Shown piece by piece: positions 61,224 to 64,000 of a stretch of DNA of 64,000 bases. Position numbers and translations under genes: made by a program. How positions within the stretch are numbered: position 1 is the first letter of the stretch; each line of letters starts with the position of its first letter. Where the stretch lies: the NCBI GenBank assembly GCA_003971905.1, contig RSEE01000081.1:124001-188000 (forward strand), read 5' to 3'. The notes beneath the pieces were generated by a model, which searched no databases, had not been told where the DNA came from, and saw only the letters and a program-made list of their open reading frames with translations. This DNA comes from Moniliella sp. 'wahieum'. Taxonomy: Eukaryota.

Positions 61224-63000
61224 GGGGGAGAAGAGGATATTCCCCACGGCGCGGCCGCCGGTGGAGCTACGAGACGAAGACTGATGGGATCTTGATGGAG
61301 CTGAAATGAACCCTTTTGAAGGAAGAGGCCATACGAAAGGGCTCTTGCATCTCAAATCTAACCTGCTCCCATCTGTATATCTCATACCTGGTTGGTCCAG
61401 TGGATGACAGCCTGCGCCATGCACTCTGCGGTATGAAGGAGTGTGCCCACACATGGGGAATCGGGTGGGGGTGACCAACTTGTGAATGCTGAGTGCTGAG
61501 TGCACGTGCCTCTATGCAGACGCAGATGTTGGTTGTGCTTCCCATCCCATCTTGGCAGCATCATTAGCCTCTGTCACTTCGACCGACTCTCTCCGCTGTG
61601 CTTCCTGTGGCTCATGAATGCATTCAGGGAACGGGGGCATCCGCGAGATAGGAGGTCCACCTGAGATCTGGAGATCTGAAGAGGGGAGCCTGCCCACTGG
61701 TTGAGTATAACGGCGAGCAGGGGGTGCGCAGCCTGTGAGCGGAACTCTTCCGCCTGACTATCGGCGAGCGTCACCGATCAACTGGAGGGCCGTGCTGGGG
61801 AACCCTAGCATACCCTTCTCAGATCTCACCCAACTCGTACTGAGACTGTCAGGTCGATCTTAGAACTCTCCCTCCCCGACCAACCAACGAGAGGCCAGAG
61901 CGCTGGAGCAGAACAGAGGCGCAAGGTGCTGGGTTGGCCCGTTGCCCTTGTCCGAGCACCAGGCCAGAAGAGGCCAATGAGAAAAACTGGGATGATTAAT
62001 GATTCTCATAGCCAGACCAGGCCAGACGCCCGGGTGAAGGTGAAGATCCAGATTCAGATTCACCGATGCGTTCATCGAGTTCAATGCCCACAGGCCCACA
62101 TACGGGTAATTGCGACTTAGCACCTAGCCCTTAGCCCTTATACGAACCCTCTTATGCGCAGCAGTTACGTCCGTACGTACTTACTATTGTACCACTGACA
62201 GGCAACACGTGCAGCCCTACGGCCTACCCCAGGAATGTGCGGGGTAGTGTCTCAGGCGGCTCTCGGATCAAAACATTGTCGGGTCACTTATTCGTAGTAC
62301 CAGCAGTACGCAGTAGGTACCCAGTCTGAAAACTCAGCACACCTCCTAGGATGTTTCCACCCCCGCGCACGCGCCCTGTGGGCGCACAGACCACCCCCTC
62401 TTCCGCGGAAGCCAGCGCCACTCTCGGCGTCTGCCGCGCCGACAGGTGGGTAACCGGTATAACAGGTAACCGGTAACCCCGGGTATCGCCTTTGTGCATC
62501 GCGCGCCTCGAGAGGAAAAAAAGAGAGAACATCGACCATCTCATAGTTAGTGCATCAGGAGTGGCGTGCACACACAATCAGCTGCTTTGCGTGTCTGTCT
62601 CATGGCATCGCCTCCTTTCACCCGTCCGCAGTACGAGCCCGCACAAGAGAGGGCACGCGTCTTCAATGGCTTGTACCTCAGCGTACGCTTTGAGCCTCCC
62701 TGTATGTGCCCAAGTGTCTCGCTCATGCATCATGAATCATGCGTACGTAGACTGCCCATGAGCCTTTTGCTGTGTTGCCTCTCTTCCCTTGAAGCTTCAG
62801 GTGGTGAGAGAATCAGCAAGCCCCCATTAAGAGCGATGCTGGGGCGTATTTAAAAGGGCTGGACACCACGAGTCAATGAACGCTAGAATTCTTCAAGAAC
62901 ACACCCCAGCATTTCTTCTGCAACACCTCCCACACAACAGACTCTGTCTTTTCAGCTTTTCACTCCTACTACAGCTCCCTTTTCCCTACTCATCCACACA

Positions 63001-63963
63001 ATGTCTACCACCTCCACGCACAACTCGGTTCCTACAGGCGCTGCCCCTCGCTTTCTTCCCGGGCTTTCGCTGACGGGCAAGTCGGCGCTGTTAACGGTGC
63101 AGCTCGCGGGATTGGCAAGGCGATCGCCCGGGGCTACATTGAAAGTGGTGTGAACCGGATGGCGATTTTGGACTTTCACGAGGCGGATGCCAAGCAGGCC
63201 GCGCGGGATTTGATTAAGGAATACGAGGAGGAGAAACACTTGGTGCCCAAGGGCACGTTGGCCATTGAAGGGTTTGGTGCGGATGTCGGCGACGAGAAGC
63301 AAGTGGAAGTGGTGATACCCAAGGTGGCGAGCTACTTGGGTCAGATTGACATTCTGTTGCACGCAGCGGGCATTATTGCCAACTTCCCCTCCGAGGCGTA
63401 TCCGCACGAAGATTACCGCCGCATCCGGTCCACGGACATTGATGGTGCATGGTTCGTTGCCACGCACTGTGCTCGTCATGCGCTCGAGAATAAGTACCCG
63501 GCCTCGTTCATCCTCATTGCCAGTATGTCGGCAACGATTGTCAACCACCCGCAAAAGCAGTCGCCCTATTGTTTCAGCAAGGGCGCGGTTAAGCATATGG
63601 GCGCCGCTTTGGGCGTCGAGTGGGCCAAACAAAAGATCCGTGTCAACACCATTTCTCCGGGTTATGTTCTTCTGAGCCGCAGCGTGCTTGAGAATGCTCC
63701 TAATGGTCATGAGATGTACGAGGATTGGGTTCGGAAGACCCCGCTCGGCCGGCTGGGCGAACCGGTACGTAAAGACACCTCACCTCCTTATTCCTTCAGC
63801 TCTGTTGTGACGCAGACGTCAACGAAACGAGTACTGACTTTTCTTGGACGTCGGTCTATAGGAAGATATCCAAGGCCTCGCCGTCTTCCTTGCCTCGGAC
63901 GCTTCCGCCTACGTCACCGCGACCGACGTGCTTATCGACGGAGGATTCTGCAAGCAAGGATGA
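63001..63963 (+). CDS. SDR of the polyol dehydrogenase group (D-arabinitol 2-DH / sorbose reductase / mannitol DH-like)
   Basis: LTGKSALLT(G)AARGIG (frameshift here), IDILLHAAGI, ILIASMSATIVNHPQKQSPYCFSKGAV (YxxxK), EWA..IRVNTISPGY, TPLGRLGEP/EDIQGLAVFLASDASAYVT. Intron 63765-63861. The true end may lie beyond the window if GCAAGC at ~63950 is a GC donor. Confidence 0.93.
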
Positions 63964-64000
63964 AGTCATGCACGGAACACAGTGCTCTCGGTAATGAACC

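Noticed and set aside
62122..62150. CTAGCCCTTAGCCCTTA, resembling an interstitial telomere repeat
   Set aside because: Only about two 7-bp units and not CCCTAA.
62952..63710. 252-aa minus-strand ORF
   Set aside because: Antisense to the SDR; open antisense frames are common in GC-rich SDR genes.

Overview
Eukaryotic, GC-rich and intron-poor fungal DNA, most consistent with a basidiomycete of the smut/Ustilaginomycotina type (inferred from gene content and GT..CTRAC..AG introns). Nearly every gene is broken by single-base indels, including essential ones, so this is very probably an unpolished long-read consensus. CDS coordinates were stitched by eye across frameshifts and are approximate. 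Genes in order: CRAL-TRIO (Sec14/Csr1-like) apparently fused to an Iml2/TTC39 domain, PEX5, TMEM135-like, SEC3, TGS1, RPL43, tRNA-Pro, tRNA-Tyr, SNX4-like sorting nexin, a single-finger GATA factor, an SDR, an ~8.7 kb gene-poor low-GC island, PRP40, a Ser/Pro-rich hypothetical, a Bem1/Scd2-like scaffold, a UBA-containing hypothetical, an FMP25-like RCC1 protein, tRNA-Gln, an alpha/beta hydrolase, calcipressin and a second SDR. No CRISPR, rRNA or intact transposon is visible, and I could not support a wholly new multi-gene system. The best leads are the CRAL-TRIO/Iml2 fusion, the truncated Sre/Urbs1-like GATA factor, the low-GC island with an acidic 11-aa repeat, and unusual architectures in the calcipressin, Bem1-like and UBA proteins.
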